Below are positions 44,096 to 52,759 of a stretch of DNA of 64,000 nt, in pieces (positions within the stretch are counted from its first letter, which is position 1; the number at the start of each line of letters is the position of its first letter). The position numbers were made by a program, and so were the translations under genes. Source of the stretch: Bacillota bacterium. GTDB lineage: Bacteria > Bacillota > Clostridia > Christensenellales > CAG-138. Location: contig JAEWQH010000117.1 of the NCBI GenBank assembly GCA_023399275.1, forward strand, positions 2,943-66,942, read 5' to 3'. Below the pieces are notes generated by a model. The model saw only the letters and a list, made by a program, of their open reading frames with translations. It had not been told where the DNA came from and made no database searches.

Positions 44096-45868
44096 TTATC
44101 CCACAGTGGTCGGCGTGGGGGTTGGCGTTTCGGCTGGATCGGCAGAAGCGGATGGCTCCGGCGTAGGCGTCAAATCCGGCTCGGCAAGCCCTGTCAACAC
44201 CTCAAATGTATGGTAGATATCCGCCTTGTGCCAGTCTCCCACGAGCGCGTTTGAGCCGCGCGAGGAGATCGTGCACTCGGGCAGCGCTTCCGTCAGCTTG
44301 GCAAGATCGTCCCGCGTGATCTTGGTGGTCATGATCCAGAGCATCTTGAGCTGCTTCATCTCGCTGAGCACAGTGACGTCGGCCAGACCCGTGCGCGCCG
44401 CGTTGAGATGCGTCAGCTTCGCAAGGCCGGACAGCGGCGCAATATCCGTTATGGAGGCGTTGGAGTAGATCTCGAGAAACTCCAGCTCGGTGAGCGCGGA
44501 TAGCACGGCGAGATCCGCTATCTTATTGCCTGCGACGGAGAGCAGCTTGAGCTTTGTCAGGCCGGCCAGAAACGACAGGTCGGTGATCTTGTTGCCGGAC
44601 AGGTCGAGATAGGCCAGATCGGTGCAATACTGCAGCGCAGCCGTGTCCTCGTCCGTCAATCTGGTGTTGCCTTCCTTGGTAAATGTCGCCGCGCCGCCGG
44701 GAAACGCCTCGCGGTTTTGCGTGGTGAAGGCTTCGATATCCGTGCGCAGCTGCCAAGCGCCCACCTGCACGTACCACACGAACTTCACCGCGGGAAACTG
44801 CGCCTGCAGCTGCGTCATCTGCTCATTCGTCAGCCCCGTGCCGCACATATCGCACAGCGCAAGATTCGGCAGGTGGCTCAGCCCCTGCGCAACCTCCTCC
44901 ACGCTCGTAAACGTCTGCCCCTGCAGATTGACCTCGGTGGTCTCGGGTGTGAGCTGCTGGCCAAAGAGATCGAAGGAGAATGAAAACGCCACCAGCGGAT
45001 AGCGCTCCTCCAGCGCAGCCATGGTCTCAAATGAAACCGTCTGCCCCGTCAGGTCGCAGCTCGTCAGCTGCTTGAGCGGTGCGAGCGCGTCCGGCAGCAG
45101 CGCATCGTCCGTAATGACAGCCGAGGTCAAATCGAGCTGCGTCGCGTCCGTATTCGCCTTCACGCCAAAGAGATCGATCGTGCGCAAAAACGCGATGTTG
45201 GGATAGCGCGCTTCCAGCGCGGCTCCGTCCTCTGCGCCAATGGCGGTGTCCGTAATATCCGCGGATGTGAGCGCCGGCAGATAGTAGAGATCGCGCATCA
45301 GCGTCTCGACATCCACCGTCTTGCCGGAGAGGTCCAGCACGGTGTCGGTGTTGAGCAGCGTCACGCCGCCGATCTCCACCTGCCAGACAAACGTGATGTC
45401 CCTTCGCTCCAGGCTCTTGCTCATCAGCGCGTCGTAGCTCGTGCAGTTTCGCGCGTCCACGTTCGTAAGATTCGGAAAGTAGCGCAGCAGCTCAATCGCG
45501 GCCGCGTCCGCTCCGGCGGGGAGCGTAAGCTGCGTCACCTGGTTGTCGTAGCGCTGGTCTCCGATCGGCACGCTCCAGAGGATGCTGCAGTTTGGCAGCG
45601 CGCTCTGCAGCGCGAGATAGTCGTCCACCGAGAGAACCGCCTTGCGCACATCGAGCTTTTGCAGATTTTCGTACTGAACGAGATCCTCCGTGTCGATCAG
45701 CGCCGCGTCGTCGATGGTCAGCTCCGTCGCGGAGCGGTCCTTGAACAGGTCGCACCCCGCGAGCGACAGCGCCAGCGCAAGCAAAAGCAGCACGGCAAGC
45801 GCGCGGCGGATACGGACGTTTGTGTTTGCGCGCTCATCCGACGCGCTGGTATAGACGGTATGTGTCAT
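44096..45868 (-). CDS. leucine-rich-repeat lipoprotein (paralog B) with a Pro/Thr-rich C-terminal tail
   Basis: It has a lipobox (LSLAGC). It is collinear with 7960..9648, with many shared blocks such as GLTNEQM.QL.AQFP..KFVW and L.YCTDL.YLDL. The tail reads PDLTPTPEPSASADPAETPTPTPTTVG. The start is either the ATG at 45868 or the GTG at 45880. Confidence 0.8.
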   Translation of the reverse strand: MTHTVYTSASDERANTNVRIRRALAVLLLLALALSLAGCDLFKDRSATELTIDDAALIDTEDLVQYENLQKLDVRKAVLSVDDYLALQSALPNCSILWSVPIGDQRYDNQVTQLTLPAGADAAAIELLRYFPNLTNVDARNCTSYDALMSKSLERRDITFVWQVEIGGVTLLNTDTVLDLSGKTVDVETLMRDLYYLPALTSADITDTAIGAEDGAALEARYPNIAFLRTIDLFGVKANTDATQLDLTSAVITDDALLPDALAPLKQLTSCDLTGQTVSFETMAALEERYPLVAFSFSFDLFGQQLTPETTEVNLQGQTFTSVEEVAQGLSHLPNLALCDMCGTGLTNEQMTQLQAQFPAVKFVWYVQVGAWQLRTDIEAFTTQNREAFPGGAATFTKEGNTRLTDEDTAALQYCTDLAYLDLSGNKITDLSFLAGLTKLKLLSVAGNKIADLAVLSALTELEFLEIYSNASITDIAPLSGLAKLTHLNAARTGLADVTVLSEMKQLKMLWIMTTKITRDDLAKLTEALPECTISSRGSNALVGDWHKADIYHTFEVLTGLAEPDLTPTPEPSASADPAETPTPTPTTVG

Positions 45869-47345
45869 CTTGCTCTTCACTCCAAAATGTTTGGGTTTCG
45901 ATCAGTTGATATCCATCCGGAGAGATCTCCAGATTTCGGGTAACGAGAAACTCCGCGCTTCGCTGGGCAATGTATCCGCTCTGCGCCTCCTGCAGCTCGG
46001 GCAGCGCCATATTGACGCGCGCAAAGAAGCGGTATGCGGGAATCACGTCCGCAGCCAGGTAAAAGCCGCCGTCCGGACACGCGTAGCAAAGCAGCGAGAT
46101 CTGCTCCTGCGTCTTGCGCGCACGCATGATGGACGCAAAGCGCACCTGCGGCGTGTCCTCGCGGCGGATGGAGAGCATGTAACGATTATCCGAAATCAAC
46201 AACGCAAGCGCGAGCATCACAAGCGACAGCGCGCCAAACAGCGCGCGGAAGGCCCACGGCCTGGCCGAGCCGGCGCGAGGCCTCGCCTGCAGCCAGCGCG
46301 CGATCGGCACGAGTCCGAGCGCCATGAACGGCGTAAGCACAAGCCCATAGTAGCGGTAGCCTTGTCCGCCCATATAGATGGCGCACGCGAGCAGCCCCGC
46401 CATCAGCAGCACGTTGATCTTCTCGACCACGCGCACGCGCTCCTTCTTCTGCAGTAAAAACCACCCGAGTCCGAGCGCGATGAGCAACGCGATCTGCGGG
46501 TTGCGGTAGGAAAACGCGCCGACGCTCTTGATGACGATGAACAGCGTGTTCGCCAGCGTCGGATTCTCCACATAGGAATACCCGAAGATGTTTTGGTAAA
46601 AATAATAATGAAAGAAATCCGGCAGCGCGCCGTTTGCGCCGAAATAGATCACCCAGGGGATGCCCGCGCCGAACATCACGCCCAGAAACAGCGCGCTCGC
46701 TGAAAGCGCCCGGCGAACGTGCTTTGCCGCAAGCTGCGAGATGACGATGACGCCCATCCACGCAATGTAGAACGCCAGCAGCGTGAACTTGCCAAACAGC
46801 ATGACGCCGGCAAAGAGCGCGTTTCGCGCGATCATCTTCAGCGGAACGGGCGCGGGATACGACTCTTTAAAATAGCGCAGCGTGTCGTAGAGCGACCATG
46901 CAAACAGCGGCATCATCAGCTCCTCAAAACTGCCGCCGTGCGAAAAGCTCAGGCTGCCGAGGATGAACGCGGAGAGCACCGGCAACGCCAGCAGCGCGTA
47001 GCGTTCCTCTGCATACAGCGCAACGATGCGGTACGACGCATAGAGAAAGAATGAAAACGCAAGCGACTCGATCAGGTAGACGCCGAGAAAACTCGTCCCC
47101 GAGATCAAAGAAGCCAGCCCAAAGAGCAGAAACGCCACCGGCCCCTTTTGATCGTAGAGATCGAGATACGGCACCTTACCGTGCATCATCCCCTTGCCGA
47201 TGGTGAAGTAGATGTTTGCGTCCACCCACTCGTTGAGCGGGTAGAGCGGCGAGCTTTTGGTGCACAGCAGCAGGAACGCAGCTGCAAACAGCAGGCAAGT
47301 GGGATAGACCGTCCGCTTCCACGCGGGTTTGCGCATCAGTTCCAT
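45834..47345 (-). CDS. GT-C-fold (PMT/ArnT-like) membrane glycosyltransferase candidate
   Basis: The body is polytopic. The first loop reads WVDANIYFTIGKGMMHGKVPYLDLYDQKGPVAF, which resembles the D/E...(K/H)PP loop of PMT_2/GT39/GT83 enzymes. A soluble C-terminal domain follows. GGAGAGG precedes the ATG at 47345. The 3' end overlaps the LRR gene. Confidence 0.6.
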   Translation of the reverse strand: MELMRKPAWKRTVYPTCLLFAAAFLLLCTKSSPLYPLNEWVDANIYFTIGKGMMHGKVPYLDLYDQKGPVAFLLFGLASLISGTSFLGVYLIESLAFSFFLYASYRIVALYAEERYALLALPVLSAFILGSLSFSHGGSFEELMMPLFAWSLYDTLRYFKESYPAPVPLKMIARNALFAGVMLFGKFTLLAFYIAWMGVIVISQLAAKHVRRALSASALFLGVMFGAGIPWVIYFGANGALPDFFHYYFYQNIFGYSYVENPTLANTLFIVIKSVGAFSYRNPQIALLIALGLGWFLLQKKERVRVVEKINVLLMAGLLACAIYMGGQGYRYYGLVLTPFMALGLVPIARWLQARPRAGSARPWAFRALFGALSLVMLALALLISDNRYMLSIRREDTPQVRFASIMRARKTQEQISLLCYACPDGGFYLAADVIPAYRFFARVNMALPELQEAQSGYIAQRSAEFLVTRNLEISPDGYQLIETQTFWSEEQDDTYRLYQRVG

Positions 47346-47645
47346 ATCATGCCTCTCCAATCATCCGTTTCGGCCGACGGCTTTCATCAAACAGGTATTT
47401 ATTATAAACTTTTTCACTCTGGCGCGCAACCATCGGCGCGTCTGCGGCGTGTTATAGGTGAAGCGCGCAGGTCGGGCGCCGCCGGTTGGTGACCGGCTCA
47501 CATTTGCATGATTGCTTTGCCCAAAGGCGCTATAGTACAATGACAGTGTGTATCACCCCGCACAGCGTCCCTCGCAGGGAAACGAAAACAAAATGATCCT
47601 ACGCCCGGTTTTGTACCGGAACGATCGAACCTGAAACGGAGGAAA

Positions 47646-48245
47646 ATGAAAATGAAAAAGATTATCGCGATTACCGCGCTGGTTCTGACCGGTGCCTTCC
47701 TGTTTATCGCCTGCTCGGCGGGCAGCGCCGATACGGACGTGCTCTACCGCGGCGAGATCACCAGCATCTCGGAGAACGGCAGCATCCTTGTCACGCAGGT
47801 GGAGGGGCACAACTACGGCCAGCCCAGCATCCTCTTTCACGTGAGTGAAAGCATCGCGGCGGAGCTGGGCGACCAGTTGGCACAGGGCGCGTTTGTAGAG
47901 GTGCACTACGACGGCAAGCTGACCCGTTCGCTTCCCGGCCAGGCCACAGCCGAGAGCATTCGGGTGATCGCCTCCTTCAGTGACGGCATCGTGCAAAACG
48001 GCACCATCCTGAGCGTCACCCCCGGCAAGGACGGCTACAGCATCTCGCTTCTGCCGCTCGGCGAGGAAAAACGCGAAGACCTGAGCAACACCATCACGCT
48101 CACCGTCCCCATGACCGCTCTGGAAGGGCTGACGGCGGAAGAACTCGTCGAGGGCCTGCAGGTCAGCGCCGTGACGACGGGCATCGCCGCCCTGAGCCTG
48201 CCGCCGATCATGCCGGTCGTGGCGCTGCTGCCCTACACCGCATAG
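47646..48245 (+). CDS. lipoprotein of unknown function
   Basis: It has a signal peptide and lipobox (LTGAFLFIAC). GGAGG precedes two in-frame ATGs at 47646 and 47652; the second has the better spacing. Confidence 0.65.
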   Translation: MKMKKIIAITALVLTGAFLFIACSAGSADTDVLYRGEITSISENGSILVTQVEGHNYGQPSILFHVSESIAAELGDQLAQGAFVEVHYDGKLTRSLPGQATAESIRVIASFSDGIVQNGTILSVTPGKDGYSISLLPLGEEKREDLSNTITLTVPMTALEGLTAEELVEGLQVSAVTTGIAALSLPPIMPVVALLPYTA

Positions 48246-48271
48246 CGGACCATATCCCAACAGCGCACAAA

Positions 48272-48309
48272 GCGCCGGGGCCGAAGATCGCGGCTCCGGC
48301 GCCTTTTTT
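48272..48309 (+). terminator. intrinsic terminator
   Basis: A 12 bp GC-rich stem (GCGCCGGGGCCG pairing with CGGCTCCGGCGC) is followed by CTTTTTTG. Confidence 0.75.
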
Positions 48310-48381
48310 GTCTGCGCGGCGCATCAAAATGGCGGAGCCGCCCCCTGCTTTGGCGGCGGTTTGGCAAGCGTAAAAGCAAAC

Positions 48382-48423
48382 AAAGAAAAACCCCTTCCCC
48401 GCCGATTGCCGGTGGAAAAGAGG
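48382..48423 (-). terminator. intrinsic terminator after rpmB
   Basis: A long hairpin (CCUCUUUUCCACCG pairing with UCGGCGGGGAAGGGG) is followed by UUUUUCUUUG on the minus strand. Confidence 0.65.
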
Positions 48424-48448
48424 CGATTTCTTTTTGCGGATATTCGGC

Positions 48449-48640
48449 TCAGTTGCCGCGGCTAACCTTGCCGGAACGGAGGCACCGCGTGCAAACATTC
48501 ATCTTCTTCGGTCTCCCGTCTACGACAACATGCACACTCTGGATATTCGGCGCCCAGCCGCGCTTGGTCTTGCGGTTGGAGTGGCTGACCAGATTGCCGG
48601 ACATGACACCCTTGTTGCAGACTTCACAATACTTACCCAT
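48449..48640 (-). CDS. rpmB: 50S ribosomal protein L28 (Zn-ribbon form)
   Basis: The sequence reads MGKYCEVCNKGVMSGNLVSHSNRKTKRGWAPNIQ...CTRCLRSGKV. Confidence 0.93.
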   Translation of the reverse strand: MGKYCEVCNKGVMSGNLVSHSNRKTKRGWAPNIQSVHVVVDGRPKKMNVCTRCLRSGKVSRGN

Positions 48641-48679
48641 GCGAATCGTCCACCTCCTTGATAAAAATCGAACAGAACT

Positions 48680-48708
48680 ATATTACCACGCGTTCCGATG
48701 CGATGCAA
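48680..48708 (-). promoter_or_regulatory. sigma-A promoter of rpmB
   Basis: On the minus strand it reads TTGCAT, a 17 nt spacer, then TAATAT. Confidence 0.6.
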
Positions 48709-48751
48709 GCCTTATTTTCCCAGAAAAGGCCGCTTTTTTCGCACCGCGCAA

Positions 48752-49213
48752 CTAGTCCATCTGCGGGAAGCCGGCTTGGCGAAGCGCCTCGTAGAGCACG
48801 AGCGCGACGCTGTTGCTCAGGTTCAGCGAGCGCAGCCCTTCCCGCATGGGAATACGCACCGCATCCTCGCTTCTGCGCGTGAGCAGCGCCTGCCCGAGCC
48901 CAGCCGTCTCCTTGCCGAAGACGAGAAAATCCCCATCCTGATAGCGCACATCGCAATAACGCCGCCGCGCGTGCGTGGAGAGCAGGAAAAACCGCGCCTG
49001 CGGATACGCCGTCTCCACCTCGGAGAAGCTGTCGTAGTAGGCGATATCCAGCTCCCCCCAGTAGTCCAGCCCGGCGCGCTTGAGCTGCCTGTCCTCCACC
49101 GAGAAGCCCAGCGGGCGAACCAGGTGCAGCTTTGCGCCCGTCACCGCGCAGGTGCGCGCGATGTTTCCCGTGTTCTGCGGGATCTCCGGCTCGACGAGTA
49201 CGATATGAAACAC
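48752..49213 (-). CDS. trmL: tRNA (cytidine/uridine(34)-2'-O)-methyltransferase, SpoU/TrmL type
   Basis: The sequence reads FHIVLVEPEIPQNTGNIARTC...LNLSNSVALVLYEALRQ. The GTG start at 49213 has GGAGGG 7 nt upstream. Confidence 0.85.
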   Translation of the reverse strand: MFHIVLVEPEIPQNTGNIARTCAVTGAKLHLVRPLGFSVEDRQLKRAGLDYWGELDIAYYDSFSEVETAYPQARFFLLSTHARRRYCDVRYQDGDFLVFGKETAGLGQALLTRRSEDAVRIPMREGLRSLNLSNSVALVLYEALRQAGFPQMD

Positions 49214-49235
49214 GCTGTGTCCCTCCGGTGATGGT

Positions 49236-50225
49236 CTACGGCTGCGGGCAGCTTCCCGCCGCGCGGGACGCCTCGAGCATGAGCAGCATCTGCTCGCACA
49301 CGTCGTCCGGCGCAAGGATGCGCACCCCGCCGCCAAATTGAAATACCCAGCCGAAAAACGGCGGCGATACGCAGACGGGCGCAAAGAGCGCATAGGTCTG
49401 CTCATCCAGGCGCTCGAGCAGCACATCCGCGCCGAAGCGGTCGAGCATCGCGCCGATGAGCCGGCCTTCGAAACCGAGCCGCACCCATCGCTGTCTGGCC
49501 GGCGCCATGGAAAAGACGGTCGCGGCATACGCGCCCGCGTCAAACGCCGCGTCCGCAGGCGCCGCCGGTTCATCCAGCGCGCGCACGCAGGACATCTTAT
49601 CGAGCCGGTAATGCGCCAGCCCCTCGCGGTACGGGTGGTCGGCGATCAGGCAATAGTTCTCCTCCGCATAGGTGAGCAGGCAAGGGTTTACGATATACGA
49701 CTCTCCTCCACGCCGTGGGGAGAGCGTACCCTTCGCCGTATACTGGCAGTAGACAAACGAGAGCTTGCGGCCGCGATCCAGTGCGGAAAGCACCGCTTCG
49801 ACGTTTTGAAATGCGGCGTCGTCCTTCGCTTTGCGGGGGTTGTCTCCCCCGGGCTGACGCCGAAGCCACGCGGCGTCGTAGCGGCTCAGCAGCGACGCAA
49901 GCTTTTGGATAAGCGCCTCCGAGCGTTCCCGCGAAAGCACGCGGCTTGCGCGAACCATGTCTATCAGCAGGCGCACCTCCGCGCGCTCAAACAGGCGCGC
50001 AACCAGGCGGTATTCGTTGGCGCGGCCTCTGCGCACGCGCACGTCCAGCCCGTTTTTGCGCAGCAGCTCAACATCGGAGCAGACCGTCCTGCGGTCCGCC
50101 GTGCAACCGGCGAGTTCCAGATGCGCCGTGATCTCACGAGCGGTCACGCCGTGCCGCTCGTCGGTGCGCTCCATGAGATAGGCTTGCAGTCGCAGCAGCC
50201 GCGCGCGTGCATCCGGCATGGTCAC
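49236..50225 (-). CDS. HTH-WYL domain transcriptional regulator
   Basis: An N-terminal wHTH (ITAHLELAGCTADRRTVCSDVELLRKNG) is followed by a central WYL-like segment (EENYCLIADHPYREGLAHYRLDKM) and a C-terminal WCX-like domain. Confidence 0.7.
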   Translation of the reverse strand: MTMPDARARLLRLQAYLMERTDERHGVTAREITAHLELAGCTADRRTVCSDVELLRKNGLDVRVRRGRANEYRLVARLFERAEVRLLIDMVRASRVLSRERSEALIQKLASLLSRYDAAWLRRQPGGDNPRKAKDDAAFQNVEAVLSALDRGRKLSFVYCQYTAKGTLSPRRGGESYIVNPCLLTYAEENYCLIADHPYREGLAHYRLDKMSCVRALDEPAAPADAAFDAGAYAATVFSMAPARQRWVRLGFEGRLIGAMLDRFGADVLLERLDEQTYALFAPVCVSPPFFGWVFQFGGGVRILAPDDVCEQMLLMLEASRAAGSCPQP

Positions 50226-50247
50226 TCAGCCTCCGGCCGGCGCATCG

Positions 50248-51249
50248 TCAGTTTGCCACGCCCGTGATCGCGTCGATCTGTGCCAGCTCCCCGGCGCTGA
50301 ATGCGGGCGCCTTGAGGATGCCCAGGTTTTGCTCGATCTGCGCGGGCGACGACGCGCCGATGAGCACGCTGGTCACCCGCTCGCCGCGCAGCACCCAGCT
50401 CAGCGCCAGCTCAGAGAGGCTCTGCCCGCGCGCCTCCGCGAGCGCGTTGAGCGCGCGGATCTGCCCGAGTTTTTCCTCGGTGAGCTGCTCGCGCTTGAGA
50501 AACGGCCCGCCCTTGCCGATGCGGCTGTCCGCCGGCACGCCGCCAAGATAGCGGTCCGTCAACAGCCCCTGCGCCAGCGGGCTAAAGCAGATGATGCCAA
50601 AGCCCGCGTCCCCTGCCGCCTGCCCGAGCCGGTCGGCTTCGATATGGCGGTCGAAGATGGAATAGCGCACCTGGTTGAGCACAAACGGGCAGCGCAGTTC
50701 CTTGAGGATGGCGGCGGCCCTGCGCGCAGTCGCGCTGTCATAATTTGAGATGCCCGCATAGAGCGCCCTGCCGCTTTTCACCGCCGTGTCGAGCGCAAGC
50801 ATGCTCTCCTCCAGCGGCGTATTTGGATCCATGCGGTGATGGTAGAAGATATCCACGTATGCCAGCCCCATGCGCTTGAGGCTCTGATCGAGACTCGCAA
50901 GCAGATATTTGCGGCTGCCCCAGTCGCCATAGGGGCCGGGCCACATGGTATAGCCCGCCTTGGTGCTGACGATCAGCTCGTCCCGGTGGGCGGCAAGCTC
51001 CTCCTTCAGAATACGGCCGAAGTTGGTCTCCGCGCTGCCGGGCAGCGGCCCGTAGTTGTTGGCGAGGTCAAAGTGCGTTACGCCCCGGTCGAAAGCGGTA
51101 AAACACATCCGCTTCATGTTGTCGTAGTCGTCGTTCGTGCCGAAGTTATGCCAAAGCCCCAGCGAGAGCAGCGGCAGCTTCAGTCCGCTTGCGCCGCAGC
51201 TGCGGAAGATCATCTCATCGTAACGATGCTCGTTTGCGGTATAAGCCAT
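50248..51249 (-). CDS. aldo/keto reductase (YghZ/Gpr-like)
   Basis: The sequence reads LPLLSLGLWHNFG...HFDLANNYG...VSTKAGY. GGAGGG precedes the ATG at 51249. The 616 aa ORF in the track is an artefactual 5' extension. Confidence 0.85.
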   Translation of the reverse strand: MAYTANEHRYDEMIFRSCGASGLKLPLLSLGLWHNFGTNDDYDNMKRMCFTAFDRGVTHFDLANNYGPLPGSAETNFGRILKEELAAHRDELIVSTKAGYTMWPGPYGDWGSRKYLLASLDQSLKRMGLAYVDIFYHHRMDPNTPLEESMLALDTAVKSGRALYAGISNYDSATARRAAAILKELRCPFVLNQVRYSIFDRHIEADRLGQAAGDAGFGIICFSPLAQGLLTDRYLGGVPADSRIGKGGPFLKREQLTEEKLGQIRALNALAEARGQSLSELALSWVLRGERVTSVLIGASSPAQIEQNLGILKAPAFSAGELAQIDAITGVAN

Positions 51250-51480
51250 ACGTTCGCCCTCCATCAGACAGCTAGATTTTGTTCCCAACCCATTGTAGCA
51301 TATTCCCCTGCGCTCCCCCAAGCAGGATGCGTAGAAAACATATCCGCACAAATAAAAACGTTCCGATAAAATAGGGGAACATTCATTGACTTTTGCCAGC
51401 AAATGCCGGAAAATGAGGTGCGGCGGCAGGCGGGCACTTCGCCCACGCCGCGGATACTCTAACGATTCGGAGGACTGTTT

Positions 51481-52032
51481 GTGATTACAAAAGTACCCGT
51501 CGCCACCATCGAGATGCAGACCGGCGGCGTCATCAAAATGGAGCTGTATTACGATATCGCGCCCAACACGGTGAAAAACTTCGTCCACCTCGCCAATAAG
51601 GGGTTTTACGATGGCACCATATTCCACCGCGTGGTGAAGGACTTCGTCATTCAGGGCGGCGACCCGACCGGCACCGGCACCGGCGGCCCAGGCTACCACA
51701 TCAAGGGTGAGTTTGCCAACAACAAGCACCCAAACCGCCTCTCGCATGAGCGCGGCGTAGTCAGCATGGCGCGTCAGGGCAACCCCTACAATCCCCCGGC
51801 CGCCTACGACTCGGCGGGCAGCCAGTTCTTCATCCTGCATGCGGACGCGACGTATCTCGATAAGGACTATGCCGCGTTTGGCATGGTGATCGAGGGAATG
51901 GATACCGTGGACGCCATCGCCAACTGCGTCACCGGCGTCCACAGCAAGCCCATCGTGGAGCAGAAGATCAAGTCCATCCGCGTCGAAACCTTTGGGGACG
52001 CGCTTGACGAACCGGAGACGCTCGAAGCATAG
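51481..52032 (+). CDS. ppiB: cyclophilin-type peptidyl-prolyl cis-trans isomerase
   Basis: The sequence reads NFVHLANKGFYDGTIFHRVVKDFVIQGGDPTGTGTGGPGY. The start is a GTG after GGAGGA. Confidence 0.9.
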   Translation: MITKVPVATIEMQTGGVIKMELYYDIAPNTVKNFVHLANKGFYDGTIFHRVVKDFVIQGGDPTGTGTGGPGYHIKGEFANNKHPNRLSHERGVVSMARQGNPYNPPAAYDSAGSQFFILHADATYLDKDYAAFGMVIEGMDTVDAIANCVTGVHSKPIVEQKIKSIRVETFGDALDEPETLEA

Positions 52033-52091
52033 CGCCGCGCATTTCCGCTGCTCAAATCGGAGTAAAATCTGTACCCGGCGTTCAAAGTCTA

Positions 52092-52120
52092 TTGACACCG
52101 ATGCGCCCGTCTGCTAGAAT
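52092..52120 (+). promoter_or_regulatory. sigma-A promoter of the marR-AOS-SDR unit
   Basis: TTGACA, a 17 nt spacer, then TAGAAT. Confidence 0.65.
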
Positions 52121-52138
52121 ACATAAAAATCTTTATGT
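52121..52138. promoter_or_regulatory. candidate MarR operator
   Basis: A perfect inverted repeat (ACATAAA-aatc-TTTATGT) starts immediately after the -10 and so covers the predicted transcription start. Confidence 0.5.
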
Positions 52139-52224
52139 ATTTTCGCGGCGGGCGTTCGCTTTGGAAAAGACCCGCAGCCACGCGTTTTGCAAGAGAGATC
52201 TTCTTTGGATGGGAGGCGGTTGTT

Positions 52225-52668
52225 ATGGCCCGGCTGGGCATTGCGGGGGCGGTATCGGAGCTCTACCGGAGCCTGCGCCTCGCGCACTATCGCAACCTCT
52301 TTGGGCAGCTGCGCGAGAAAGCGGGCAGCCTGAGCGCAACCGAGGCCTTCTCCGCAGAAGTGATCTACTTGCTCGACCGCCCGACCATCGGCGAGTTTGC
52401 CGATTTTATCGGAATTTCGCAGCCAAACGCTTCCTATAAGGTCAACTCCCTCGTTACGAAGGGGTACCTTGCGCGCGTCTGCGGCGACGACGACCACCGG
52501 GAGGCGCACCTGCACGTTACCAAGAAGTTCCTCGACTACTACGGGCGGCAGCTGCCGGATACGAAAAGCGCGGTCGCAGACGTGCTCTCTTCGTTTACCG
52601 AGCAGGAAGTACGGCTGCTCTCCCGCCTGTTTGGCCGGCTCAACCGGCATCTCACCGCGCGCGTGTAA
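52225..52668 (+). CDS. MarR family transcriptional regulator
   Basis: The wHTH reads PTIGEFADFIGISQPNASYKVNSLVTKGYLAR. GGGAGG lies 8 nt before the ATG at 52225. Confidence 0.8.
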   Translation: MARLGIAGAVSELYRSLRLAHYRNLFGQLREKAGSLSATEAFSAEVIYLLDRPTIGEFADFIGISQPNASYKVNSLVTKGYLARVCGDDDHREAHLHVTKKFLDYYGRQLPDTKSAVADVLSSFTEQEVRLLSRLFGRLNRHLTARV

Positions 52669-52759
52669 GCTGCGCCGAGCAGCATAACCGCGGCACTGCG
52701 CTCCGCCGTCGGGGGGGGAATGGACGGCAAAGCGCGGCAACTGCAATATGGGGGTAAAA

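Noticed and set aside
50248-52098. A 616 aa ORF suggesting a much larger aldo/keto reductase.
   Set aside because: Reductase homology starts at MAYTANEH (ATG at 51249, preceded by GGAGGG). The upstream 283 codons run antisense through the ppiB gene and have junk-like composition.
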